A stretch of DNA of 64,000 nucleotides from assembly GCF_964188315.1 (NCBI RefSeq), contig NC_135673.1, positions 14,570,001 through 14,634,000 on the forward strand, read 5' to 3'. Shown piece after piece: positions 10,601 through 28,229 of this stretch; position 1 is the stretch's first letter, and every line of letters starts with the position of its first letter. The translations under genes and the position numbers were made by a program. This DNA is from Podarcis muralis. Its lineage: Eukaryota. A model generated the notes under the pieces. That model was given only the letters and a program-made list of their open reading frames with translations. It was not told the origin of the DNA and made no database searches.

Positions 10601-13600
10601 ATCAATTACCGTATTTTTCGCCATATAGGACGCACTTTTCCCCCTCCAAAAATGAAGGGGAAATGTGTGTGCATCCTTTGGGGCGAATGCAAGCTCCTTG
10701 GCTTCAGCGATAGCAACACGAAGCCTACGAAGCCTGCGCTCCGGAGGCTTCGTGTTGCTTTCGCTGAAGCCAGGAGAGTCTGCTCTTTGAGGCTGGCGGT
10801 AGGGGGAAAGCAGTGCTTCCCCCCACCGCCAGCCCCACAAGCTGGGGGGGGGGGCAGCGGGAAGGCGTGCAATGCCTTCGCGCTACTCTCCGACCTGGTT
10901 TGGAGGCTGGCGGTGGGGGAAAGCAGCACTCTCCCACCCCCCCAGCCCTACAAGCTCAGTCGAAAAACCCACAGGAGCCGCGCGCTCTTTAAAGGGTGCG
11001 CGGCTCCTGTGGGCTTTTGCAGGAGATGGGGGAATTCCCCCACCTCCCGCAAAAGCACGCAGAAGCCGCGCGCTCTTTAAAGGGTGTGAGGCTTCTGCTG
11101 GCTTTTCTATGGGGGGGGGGAATTCTCCCCCCTCGTAGAAAAGCCCGCAGGAGCCGAGCACCCTTTAAAGAGCGCGCCACTCTTGGGGGCTTTTCCCCGA
11201 GGAGGGACAAGGGACTGACTGGCCGTTTCAGTCCCTTCTCCCTCCTGGTCAAAAAGCCCACAGGAGTTGCGCACGGCTCCTGTGGGCTTTTGCGGGAGGT
11301 GGGGGAATTCCGCCACCTCCCGCAAAAGCAGGGAGAAGGTCTTGGAGTAGCGCACAGGCTGCGTGCAGTCTGTCCGCTGCTCCCAGAGCTGCGGGGGGGG
11401 GGGGGGATCATATTTTTTTCCTTGATTCCCCCCCCCCCTGAAAACTAGGTGCACCCTATGGGCCGGTGCACCCTATAGGGCGAAAAATACAGTAAACGTG
11501 TGGAGGGTGTGTGCTGCTTTTCAAAGTGCCACTTTAAACAAAGTAGCCCTTTTTATATTCTGCAGAATTTAAGTCGGTGAAGCTGTTCCTTGCCTTGGGC
11601 TGCAGCTTAGCCTCTCTTTCAAACCTGCTGCTTTCTGTCCTTTGACAGCTTCTCGGAGCTAAAGGAGTTGGAATACAGACCTGTCAAGGTCCGAGGGTAT
11701 TTCATTCATGACAAGGAGCTGTACATCCTTCCACGTTCGTTGGTTGATTCAGAGAAAGAAGCCAGGGATGCTGGCCAGCTGATGTCCAATCCTGAGAGTG
11801 GTGCCAATGTCATCACACCCTTTTACTGTATAGACCTTGGGTAAGTATATTAACTGACAAACAATTTGGGCCACTGCCCTGTACTCATTTACTGGCAAAC
11901 AATCTCTGTTGAAATCTGGGGCACTTGGCTGAGCAGACATGCATAGGATCGTGACATTAGAGAGGATCAAGGCCCTTCAGTAAATACAGTCTGTATATAT
12001 TCAGATTCTGCCTCATAACCATGAGGACCTGAAATGTTCTGCACTGTTTTTATTTAAGTCATTCTCTGGATTCTGTAAAAGGAGTCATAGCTTGTTTCAG
12101 AATGTACTTAAACCTGTGATGATCCGTTTTTGTTTTTTAACTTTTCCAAAAGTATAAGTGAAATTACATGAATTTAATTATAGGAGATAGGCATATCTCC
12201 TATTATCAAATGTATGTAATTTCACTAATATGTCTGAATTTTGCCTAGCATAGGTTTCTTTCACGTTGATAACAATGTCTGAACCATCATAACGTAAAAT
12301 GTCAATTTTCCAGGCACCTGACCATGTTAGTCTGTTGCAGAAAACAACAAGAAAGAATCCTGTATCTTCAAGGCCAACAGATATCTTCTGCCCTAGAACC
12401 TACTCTAAGGTGCATGGGCTGGTTAGCTAAGTGAGTGGATCTACTCTGAGCACAGAGAGGAGAGAGAAAAACCATTGCTGTGGAGTCAAAAGCCAAGTTA
12501 CATGAAAGAGAACTGTTAGTATGTTAACAGTACTATGTAGGGCACTCATAATAGAATCCAAACAGAGTCCAATCAAATTGCCACAATGCAATGTTGATGG
12601 CTGTGTTCTTAACTCTTCCCAGCTGGCTAGCAAAAATAAGTTTTATATAAATGGACTTGTGAGTAAGCCAAATTGAATAAATGATGCTTGCTTCTGAGTT
12701 TAGAATTACAATGTTTGGTGCCTTACAGCAGAAGTGGACCCTCCAGATGTTGCTGAAGTACAACTGCCATCGGCCCCAGCCAACATACCCAACAGCCAGG
12801 GGTACCTGGAGTTGTAGTTCAGCCAAGATCTGGCATGCCAAACATTGTCCACTCCTGCTTTAGGGGGCTTGGATGCTTCCATGCTTACAGAGTTTATTGT
12901 CTTCTCTCATTCCCTTTCCCCCTGACCCTGCAGGATCACAATCCTTGTCAACAGAGGGTTTGTCTCCAGAAAGAAACTTAAGCCAGAGACTAGGTTGCGA
13001 GGACAGGTAGGTAGCAAGGGATGGAAACTACCACATTATATATCATAAGATATTGTGTTCTTTTTTTAAAGGACAGAAACTGCTATTTGACTCTTCCTTG
13101 TAGATCGAAGAGGAAATTGAGCTCACAGGGGTGGTGAGGCTGTCGGAAACCCGCAAGCCATTTGTTCCAAAGAACGACATTGAAAGGAATCGTTGGCATT
13201 ACCGGGACCTGGATGCCATGGCAAGAGTGACAGGAGCTGAGCCCATCTTCCTTGATGCAGACTTCAGTGAGTTCCCCAAGGACCTGGCTGTGTAGTCTTG
13301 GCTTTTAATAGGAGTGGACTGCAACAGGCTCCTGACTTTGGGCCCCATCTGCATTTAAAACAGTATCATACCACTTGACACGGTCATGGCTCCCCTCAAA
13401 GAATTCTGGGAACTGTGGTTTGTTAACAGTACTGAGAGTTGTTAGTAGCCCCCCCCCCCCTTCCTCTCCCAGAGCTACAGCTACTAGTGGTTTAATAGTC
13501 AATCCCTCTTCCCAGGGAACTCTGAATCATAGCTCTGTGAAGGTAAGTTGGGATGGGTGATATATCGATACTTTGTTCCTTACCAATATGAACTCCAGAC

Positions 13601-16600
13601 CACAATCAAGGTTTCATATTTTTTCACCCTGTAATATATTGAGAATGCACTGCCCAGCTGGTCTTGCAGGCAGCAGGCAGAAAGCAGCACTTTACTGCAA
13701 GGTAAAGCCAAGTTTACTGCAAAGTAAATGGCCATTTCCTGCCTGCCCAATCTGTTTCCCCACATAGGATCCACTTGTGTCCCTCTGGCTAGGCAGAATA
13801 GAAACCCAGCATGGTATCAAGCTAAGCAGGGTATTGGGGTCTCTACTCTGCCTAACAAGAGGCATGGTGTGTACCTTAAAGCCCCATGGATCTTATCGGG
13901 AGGAAAATAAAATTTGTTTGCTTATTGGACTCTTCATTCCTCAGCCGTGCCGTGGGAAGGAGATTCCAATCAGCAAACAAAGTTTCTTCCTCGTGACTTG
14001 GCTCCTTCTTGTATTCAGGCAAGGAGGCATCAATTTACTTTTGCAGCAAAGGGCTTTATGCATTTGGAAACTAAATGATGACTAGGCTGCTGTCAGTTCA
14101 AATTTTAATTGCTGGTTTTAGATATATTGTCATGTATTTTAAGTATTGTTTTTAACCAGTTTGTTTTTATTATTCTTTATTCTATGACTGATGTTTTTAA
14201 ATGTTGTAAGCCGCCTTGAATTCCAACTTGGCAGGATATAAATATATTACATAATAAATAAATAAAATAATATGAGAGGCAATGGGGTGGAATCCATGTA
14301 CATTATTCTGAGGTTTTTTTGGAGGATGAACACTATACAGATTTAGTAAGTAACATATATTTTGACATCTCTTTTTTATTGGTTTGGTTCAATATTAAGA
14401 ATATTTTTAACTAGGATGTTTTTTACACATTAAAAATATATAAGACATATATCTACCCTAAATTATAGAGTAGTATTGAGTAGAGCTACACACATGCAGA
14501 GCTACATACACGCAAGAATGAATTTCAGTGGGGACAAATGTGAGGTTCTACACTTAGGCAGGAAAAACCAACTGCACAAATAAAAGATGGGGGACACCTG
14601 TCTTGCCAGCAGTACATGTGAAAAGGATCTAGGGGTCTTATTAGGCCACAGCCTCAACATGAGGCCACAACCTCAACTGTGTGATGCAGCAGCAAAAAAG
14701 CCAAAGCTATTCTAGGCTGCATCAACAGAAATATAGTGTCTTAGTTCCGCTCTATTCTGCCTTTGTCAGACCACACCTGGAGTACTGTGTTCAGTTCTGG
14801 GTGCCACAATTTAAGGATATTAACAAGCTGGAACAGGCGGAAAGGAGGGCAACCAAGATGATAAAGGATCTGGAAACCTAGCCTTATGAGGAACGGTTGA
14901 GGGAGCTGGGTATGTTTAGCCTGGAAGAGAAGACTGAGAGGAGATAGTGTAGCCACCTTCAAATATCTAATGGGGTGTCACATGGAAGATGGAAGCAGCA
15001 TGTTTTCTCCTGCTCTGGAGGGGGCAGGATCTGAATGGAGTTCCACTTAGTTTAATGCCACTTATGTCAGAGCGCGGGTGGCACTGTGGTCTAAACCACA
15101 GAGCCTATGGCTTGCCAATCAGAAGGTCGGCGGTTTAAATCCCCGCGACGGGGTGAGCGCCTGTTGCTCGGTCCCTGCTCCTGCCAACCTAGCAGTTCGA
15201 AAGCACGTCAAGTGCAAATAGATAAATAGGTACTGCTCCGGCGGGAAGGTAAACGGCGTTTCCATGTGCTGCTCTGGTTCGCCAGAAGCGGTTTAGTCAT
15301 GCTGGCCACATGACCCGGAAGCTGTACGTCGGCTCCCTTGGCCAATAAAGCGAGATGAGCGCTGCAACCACAGAGTCGGTCATGACTGGACCTAATGGTC
15401 AGGGGTCCCTTTACCTTTATGTCAGAGCCAGGTGTGGATTGGGTAGAGCATCCATTTGGTTGGTTTGCTATGCTATACAAAGGGTGAAGTCGGACAGGGA
15501 GTTACACAGAAAATCTGAGCATGGGAGAGCTGTGGCAAGGAGAGTGAGATGGGAGTGGGAGTTGAGAGCAGACTACATAGGTTTTCACTTATTACATAAA
15601 AGTAAGCTGCCCCTGGTGTTTGAATTTCTTTTCTAAAGGCTCATATTGCATCTGGTTCTGACTCACTGCTGTCTCTCTCTTGCAACCACAGAAAGCACAG
15701 TTCCAGGGGGGCCCATTGGAGGCCAGACGAGGGTGACGTTACGCAACGAGCACATGCAATACATCATTACCTGGTAAGTGACAAAACATTTGGGGTTTTA
15801 TCTAGAGCTGGGCGATATTTGAAAATCATGATGCAGGAAAAGCTGTGAAGCCAGCTAATGCTTCTTTATAGCTCCATCCTTATTTCAGACATGGTGATAT
15901 GTCTGTATATTGTGATGTTTAGCTGGTGACAATATTATATGCAATATTAAATAAAATAAAGCAGGATATAGAAAAATCAAGATTTTTTTTTAGCAAAACC
16001 CCCTAAAGATAAAACATTGAGTCAAAATATAAAATTATTGCAAATGCAGCTTTCAGCATTGCTAAATAATGAGATTGAAAACAACATCAAATGGATGAAA
16101 CAAAGATTCTTTGAAGCAGGGAATAGACCAGGACGACTACTCGCATGGCAAATAAAGAAAAAATGAAAAGAAAGTCAGATAAATAGAGTACGAAGGGAAG
16201 GTTTATGAAACGGAAGATGAAATCAATAAATGTTCTGTAAAATACTTCACAAAACTATATAAAAGAGGGTCAGAAACAGAACAAGAAATTGCAGATTACT
16301 TCTCAAAGAGGAAAATACCTAAAATAAGCAAAGAGAAAGTGGAACAGTTAAATGCCCCAGTTACGGTAATGGAATTACACCAAGCAATTTCTAGTTTGAA
16401 AATTGGTAAAGCTCCTGGCCGAGATGGACTAACGTCGATCCACTATAAAAAATTTGAAGATAACATAGTCCTGCCTTTAAAAAATCTAAAGTTATCAATA
16501 GGAGGAAGGGTTTCCATAATAAAAATGAATGTCCTTCCCAAAATGCTCCTTCTCTTTCAAACAATTCCCATAATATCTAGAGAAACATGTTTCGAGGAGT

Positions 16601-18883
16601 GGTGGAAAGATATGACAAAATTCATATGGCAAAATAAGAAAGCTCGCATAAAATTTAAGCTCCTGACAAAAAAGAGAGGGGAGGTCTGGCATTGCCAAAT
16701 TTAAAATTATACTATGAAGCAGAATGCCTTGTATGCCTGAAAGAATGGATCACTTTGGAAAAAGCAGATTTATTAAGACCTGGAGGGCTTTAACACGCCT
16801 ACCTCACATATGATAAGATCAAAGTCCATAAAGGCTTCAATAGTCACCTAATTAGGAACGCATTATTTAACGTCTGGAGTAAGTACAGAACGAGACTGAA
16901 GCCAATGACACCATGGTGGCTCTCACCTCTAGAAGCCCATGCCATGAAAAAACTAAACATGAGTAAGGAATGGGCAACTTACAGAGATTTGATAATGGAA
17001 GATCAAGGTAAACTTAGAATAAGACCGTATGAGGAAATAAGGCATTATGTCTCCAACAGAGGGCAATATATACAACTTGGAAGTGTCTTTAACTCGGACT
17101 CGAAGAGAGGCTTTGCTAAACAGAATTCATTAATGCATGAAACATTATTAAAAAAACAAAAAAAGTTCTATCTAAAATGTATAACCTTTTGCTAGATTTG
17201 GACATGATTGACGAGGAAGTGAAAGAGACAATGATTAAATGGGGGCGAGACTTTGGCCACAATATATTTAGAGCAATGGAAGAAACTTTGGCAGAAAGAT
17301 ATAAGGTTTACCGCCTATAGTACAATAAAAGAAAATTTCATCAAAATGTTATACAGGTGATATTTAACACCAGTCAAATTAGCAAAAATCTATAAACTGA
17401 AATCTAACCTCTGTTGGAAATGCAACAAGGAAGCTGGTACAACAATGCATATGTGGTGGAGTTGCACCCCAGTTAAGTACTTCTTGGGGGAAATACATGA
17501 GTTGGAAAAAATGCATAAAATCCCAGAGGCTTACCTACTGGGCCTTTTAGGAAAATACCGAAATCGAAAAAAAGAATTTTCTTATACATGACCACTACAG
17601 CCAGGATAGTAATAGCATCTAAATGGAAAGCTAAAAAACTACCTACCAAGGAGGAATGGATTCTCAAATTAAATGAATATTTAAAATTGGCTAAATTAAC
17701 AGCATCCATACATCAGCAGTCAAATCAAAAACTAAAAAATGAATGGCAATGCTTTGATGGTTATATGACAAAATATTGCTCTAAAAAAGACATGCTAATA
17801 GATTAAGAATGTAAATGCATCAAAACAATAAATTATCAATGACATATGTACAGTGGTACCTCAGGTTACAGACACTCCAGGTTATGGGTTTTCAGGTTAC
17901 GGACGTGCCAAAAAATGGAAGTACTGGAACAGGTTACTTCCAGGTTTCAGCACTCGCGCATGCACAGAGACACCCAATCACAACCCGCATGTGCGCAGAT
18001 GCGGCGCTGCGGGTTGCGAACGTGCTTCCCACACGGATCACGTTCGCAACCCAAGCGTCCACTGTATGTATATAGAGAAAATAAAAACAATCAGAATGCA
18101 ATAAGGATAAAATTGATTCTAGAGAAGATGAGTAGTGGTGGAGGGAAGTTAAACAGGGTGGTGGGTTTATTTTATTTTGGATAGTGTATAATGATTTAAT
18201 GTTTCTTTTCTGTTATGTTTTTTTTTTAATTAAATTGTATGACGGAACATCTAAATAACAAAAAACAAAAATCCTGATTCTCATCAAGGCCACCATCAAA
18301 ATAAGTAAAGTGCACGGATGTATATTTTGCAGTTTCCATGATTCTGGTTCTCTCTTGAATTTTTGGGAAATGATTGGTTATTAAATGGCCAAATCAATGT
18401 GCCAAATGAAAGCAATGATGCATTGCAGGGGTTACACTAGATGACACTTGGGTAGGGTTGCCATGTCTGGGAGTTCCCAGACATCTTCTTTTAGTGGACA
18501 AAAGGCTCATTCAGGGGTACTTATAAATTTTAAAGGAAATGTCTGAGTTGGGGGGACAGTTTTTATTTTGCCTGACTCAGGCTGCTCTGCACACCCTGGC
18601 CGCTGCCAGCCTGAGCCAGGAGAGGCGTACAGGCATGCATTCCCTGGCTGCCGCCAGCCCAAACTGTGTGGCTATGGCCCCGCACACCCCTTTCCCCAGC
18701 TTGCTGTCCTCTTTGTACTCATTTTGTGGCAACCCTTTGCATACATTTGACCCTAAAATTGTGTGCCCTTTGCAGGTTAACCTTGTCTTAACACTAGCTT
18801 TCTCCCTTCTTTGCAGGTATGGTTTGTGTGCAGCTACCTCCTACATGTGGTACAAGAAATTCATTCAGAAGGTTCACCTCTAA
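7240..18883 (+). CDS. SURF1: Surfeit locus protein 1 (cytochrome c oxidase assembly factor), 312 aa, 9 exons
   Basis: Exons 7240-7308, 8164-8245, 9775-9902, 10495-10577, 11649-11840, 12934-13006, 13104-13266, 15692-15773, 18817-18883; all GT-AG with consistent phases, 939 nt. Motifs [44 protein letters not shown] and [24 protein letters not shown] match SURF1. Exons 1-2 are assigned by splice signals and phase only. Confidence 0.95.
9455..9645 (+). mobile_element. Squam-type tRNA-derived SINE
   Basis: catctccaggtaggg...gacagtactgagctagatggaccaaggcctgactcagtataaggcag core; many related copies in the window. Confidence 0.7.
10190..10270 (+). mobile_element. BovB/RTE-type 3' end fragment
   Basis: ggtccatggggtcacaaagagtc...gactaaatgactaaac followed by a (caa)n tail resembles the BovB 3' terminus. 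Confidence 0.55.
10609..11492. mobile_element. Non-autonomous Tc1/mariner (Tc2-like) element with GC-rich palindromic interior
   Basis: TIR ccgtatttttcgcc.tata.g.cgcac / gtgcaccctatagggcgaaaaatacag, TA TSD at 10607-10608 and 11493-11494; lies in SURF1 intron 4. Confidence 0.85.
14490..15035 (+). mobile_element. CR1 LINE ORF2 3' fragment
   Basis: Translates to [42 protein letters not shown], the CR1 RT C-terminal signature. Confidence 0.85.
15074..15416 (+). mobile_element. Sauria SINE
   Basis: gcgggtggcactgtggtctaaacc head, ggggtccctttaccttta tail and TSD ttatgtcagagc (15062-15073, 15417-15428). Confidence 0.9.
15985..18275 (+). mobile_element. L1-clade LINE, 5'-truncated and internally deleted, in SURF1 intron 8
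   Basis: Frames give [37 protein letters not shown] and [18 protein letters not shown]; multiple stops; A-rich tail near 18260. Confidence 0.85.
17851..18064. mobile_element. Tigger-like MITE with asymmetric ends
   Basis: cagtggtacctcaggtt ... aacccaagcgtccactg, TA TSD; relatives at 28743-28994 and 42996-43203. Confidence 0.8.
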
Positions 18884-19836
18884 GACTTACAACTCCTTGG
18901 TGCAAGCTTGGCTTCAAAATGCTCACAGGAACTGCAGCCAGTCTCTGAGGTCACTATACAGAGGAACAGTCCTTCTGACTTGATTGCAGCACTTCAGTGA
19001 CCAGAGCAAGCAGACCCAAGCAAGGAAGACTCCTGTGTTCTGCTGAGAGTCGGCTGCAATATATTAGAGCTGCAGTCTTGAATTCAGTAGGACTCACTTC
19101 TGGGTAGGCATGGTTAAGGGAGGAATTAGGATGATGGGGGCCTTAACAGGGAGGGTGAAAGCCTTTCAAATTGTAGTGCTTATCTTGGGTTGCTTAATTC
19201 TATGTAATCAGAAATGACATGAAGGAAATAAGGATTCAAGAGTATTAGTGTTTGTGCAAGTAATCAGCATGTTGCTGATACAATATGATGCAAAGTTCCA
19301 TGTAATGAAGTAGTAAATAAATCATGTCGCATATACAGCTTTGTTTCTTCTTGGCAACAATAATGACATCAAGTCCCTATCAAAACGAAGTATTGTAAAC
19401 TTCTGAAGTTCATAGTTGCAGGGTATTTCAATTGCAGTCTCCCCTGTGAGCTGATCAATTTCTGTTGTCTTGTCAAGGCAGCTTATGAAATGTTCTAGAA
19501 CCCAATATACTTGCAGCTAACATTGGCCAAAGCTCCATGAAGGTGTTGTTTGAGCTTTCACACCTGCAGAGATAAGCTTCCAGGGTGCTCATTATTGGGG
19601 CAAATCTTAAATTCTCCCCCTTGGGACAGAAAATGGAGAAAGGAACGCTGGAATATATTCTTCTTAGGTGCTATGGAATCCCCCTTCACTAGACAAGGCT
19701 ACCAGAAGACATAACTGACAGAGCACCACACTCTAATCACTAAAAACTTACAGAAAACTAGAACACAATATTTTTATTTTTTTTTTGCAGTATTTTATTT
19801 TTATGGGAATAACTTCTTGAGGAAAATCTGATACAT

Positions 19837-24900
<5,064 letters not shown>

Positions 24901-25851
24901 GTACTCCATGCCGATTATGTTGTGAAACGAGCTATATGTTTAATTAATAATAAATAGTTCAGCAACATCCTTCTTTCCCCAACTGACAATGTCTGCCCAA
25001 CGTTATTTCCTCACTTACTGCCCCTGTACATAAGACACAGATATTTGTGCAGTGATGTACAACAGCTCCTAAGCATGTACAGTGTGTGTTCCCTTAAGTT
25101 TCTAATCAGAGTTAAAATGAAGCCCTACCCAACCCCCAAAGAAGCAAAGTATCAAAGGACACATGGCACAGCTTCTCTCCTAAGCTGTTGGGCTGCCCAC
25201 GACCAAAATTCCCTGAGGCACTTGTCGCCACCTGTCCTGTATAATACAGGATTGTCCCATATTTGAATGTAAAACGCAACGTCCTATATTGAAACAGTTT
25301 CGTCCTGTATTTCAGGTCCGTCCCGCCCCCTCTCGCTGCCAAGCTACGGATCCTGTCCAAATGCATGTGTCCGAAAGGGTGTGTGAAAGGTCATGTATTT
25401 AAGCTCTGGGTAGCAAAGCACAGATAAATTCACGTGTGTGTGTGTGAGACAAATTCTAGTTGGGCCATCCGGTTAGGCTGCAATGGATGGCAATGGATTG
25501 CTTTGAAGTCACTTCAGCACCAGTGGGGGCGGGAATCACCCACCAAACACCCCACCCTACCCTGTCCTGTAGTTTGCTAGAACAATAGTGGCAACCCTAG
25601 CTCTGGTGGCTTGTGTTTATAAAAGAACCACAGGCAAAGTTGAGACTTGAGACTAGTTGCTGAGGATGAAATCTCCCCCCCCTTCCGCACCCATGCCTTC
25701 TCTGTTGTAAACTCCACTTCCCACATTTATGGAACACTCTTCCTAAGGGAGAGATTTAAGGTCCCAGATTAAATCCCTAACATTTCCAAGTAGGGCTGGG
25801 AGATTCCCAGATTCATGGAGTGCTGATGTCAGTCAGTATATACAATACTGA

Positions 25852-26171
25852 CAGCATACCCTCCAACATTTCTCTGATGAAAATAGGGACATCCCATTCC
25901 ATAATTATAATTTTATTATTTATACCTGATACATCTTACTGGGTTGCCCCAGCCACTCTGGGCAGCTTCCAACATTTATAAAAACAGAAAACATTGAAAA
26001 ACTGCCTTCAGATGACTCAGGGGTAGGATAACTCCACACCCTCCAACATTTCTCCAATGAAAATAGGAACAACCGAATGAAAAGTGGGACATTCTGAGAT
26101 CAAATCAAAAACTGGGCAGGCTTTTCTAAATCAAGGACAGCCCTGGAAAATAGGGACACTTGGAGGGTCTG
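25852..26171. mobile_element. Unclassified MITE inserted in a Squam-type SINE
   Basis: Ends cagcataccctccaa... and ...ttggagggtctg, 6-bp duplication tactga on both sides; interrupts the SINE motif acaatactgag(c/t)tagatg. Confidence 0.65.
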
Positions 26172-26190
26172 TACTGAGTTAGATGAACTA

Positions 26191-26536
26191 CCGTATTTTT
26201 CGCCCTATAGGGCGCACCGGCCCATAGGGCGCACCTAGGGGGGTTTTTTTTGGGGGGGGAATAAAGAAAAAAAATCCCCCCAGGCGCAGGGGCTGGGGAA
26301 GCCCGAGCTTCCCCCGACCCCAGCCCCCAGAACAGGCTGCTATCCGCAAGCCTCGGGAGCCCGGCGGGAACTCCCACGGGCTCCCCAGGATTGCGGATAG
26401 CTTCCTGAAGCCCAGAGAGCGAGAGGGGTCAGTGCGCACCGACCCCTCTTGCTCTCCAGGCTTCAGCGAAAGCCTGCATTCACCCCATAGGACATTTCCC
26501 CTTCATTTCATGCGTCCTATAGGGCGAAAAATACGG
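26191..26536. mobile_element. Tc2-like MITE (short relative of 10609-11492)
   Basis: Same TIR ccgtatttt(t)cgccctatag / ctatagggcgaaaaatacgg, TA TSD. Confidence 0.85.
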
Positions 26537-27506
26537 TAACTGTTAAAGAAAATAAGGAGGTTGGCTTTTGCTGCCCAACTCCCCAAGGGACTGAGTCCAC
26601 TAAGTCCATGATTGGTCAGAAAGGAATGGCGGTAGGATGCACTGAAAGCAAGGCAGATCTTTATTTTTCTGTTGCAACAGAGTTCCCTCCCCTCCTTGCA
26701 AGGAGGCAAGAGAGACCTAGAACAATGGTGCACAAGCCCCTATAAAGACTTTGAAAACTGCCCACCCTGTAGCCCAAGACCACCCCAGAAACATCATACA
26801 TACATTGCAGAAGGTGGTCTCCAGCAGAAATTTGAGTGCGTTGCTTCTCTCCTGTCTACCAGAATACCTGATAACGCCTTACTGATTGCATTTTCTGGGT
26901 AGCCTAGCCATTCCTTTGAGATGGTAAATACTTTAGTTCCTGAATCTCCTTTTTACAAATTTACATCTTATTGATAGTCTGCTCAGTTTAGCAGAAACTT
27001 GCCAGACTGGATTTGCAGGGAGGATTTGCAAGTGAAAAGACAATTGGAAAGTTTCTCCCATCCTCCTGCTGCAGAGAAATATTTGAGGTCCTTTGGGGAG
27101 AGTCAAAATGGTTTCAGGATTGCTCTCTTGTACTATTTTAGACACGTGGTTTATATGCTTATCTATGTGTGTTTACCTTGTGCATTTATGAACATTTATT
27201 CTATATATGCACCTGCCTGTTCTGCCTTCTTCCGGTTCAAAAGGGCACATGCATTTGCGATCACACATCAATTGAATCACACACCTAATCTAGTTCCTGC
27301 CTGTATATCAGAAATTGAATCACTTCTCTGCTCTTTCACATGCCTCTAGTATCTGTGTTACATCTAATCAACAACCGTTTCATTTTTATTGTCTACAAAA
27401 TGGGAAAGACACACTCATATTTTCAGCAAAATAACACAAAATTGACTTTATTCATAAAAATGATTTTTATTGAAAATTTTCAAATATACATTTTCATCAT
27501 TAAATA

Positions 27507-28219
27507 TGTGATAGGAATTTTGAGGTCTTAGATATATGTTAAATGTACCAACCAAGCATGTACATAGATCAGCACAGGAAGACCAACCTGAAACCATTTT
27601 GATTCCCAAACTGAGCAAATGTTTTCTCTGCAAGGTCAAAGGAAAATGGAAAAGCCTCCCCATTGTCTTTTCCTTCACAAATCCTGTCTTAAGGGCACAT
27701 TTAAGATATGAATAGGGTGTGAGGCTGTGACCTGGCTCAGGAACTAAGTATGTAACATTACAAAAGACTGGCCAGACATCCCAGGCAATCCAATCAAGTG
27801 ACCATTAAACAGGTAACCTGGCAGACAGGAGGTAAACAAACCACTCAGATTTCTGCTGTAAACCGCCCTTTCTGTGATATAGGTATGATGGATCTGAGGG
27901 GGTGGTCTTGGATTACACCCCTTCTGTGATGTATGTATGATGTATGGAGGGGTGGTCTTGAGCTCCAGGGAAGGGAATTAAAAACATCTATATAAGGCCT
28001 TGCGCGCCATTGTTCTGGGTTCCTCCTCCCTCCTGCGTGTGGTGAGCGAGGACCCTGTTGCAACAGATCAATAAAGATCAAGCTTACTAGCTGCTTTGCT
28101 TCTCAATATTCTCTGGTTGGCCTGTTATTTTCTCCTACCAATAGGGAACCCGCGTAAGGACTCTATATGGGCTCTTGGATATCCTATAAGGGGAAAAGGG
28201 CAGATTTTTGTTTACAACA
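27507..28219 (+). mobile_element. ERV solo LTR (713 bp)
   Basis: TGT...ACA termini, 4-bp TSD aata (27503-27506, 28220-28223), tatataa at 27989-27995, aataaa at 28070-28075; homologous copy at 48130-48849. Confidence 0.8.
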
Positions 28220-28229
28220 AATAACCACC

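Noticed and set aside
10334-11454. Many overlapping 90-170 aa ORFs on both strands
   Set aside because: They arise from the GC-rich palindromic interior of a non-autonomous transposon; no transposase motifs.
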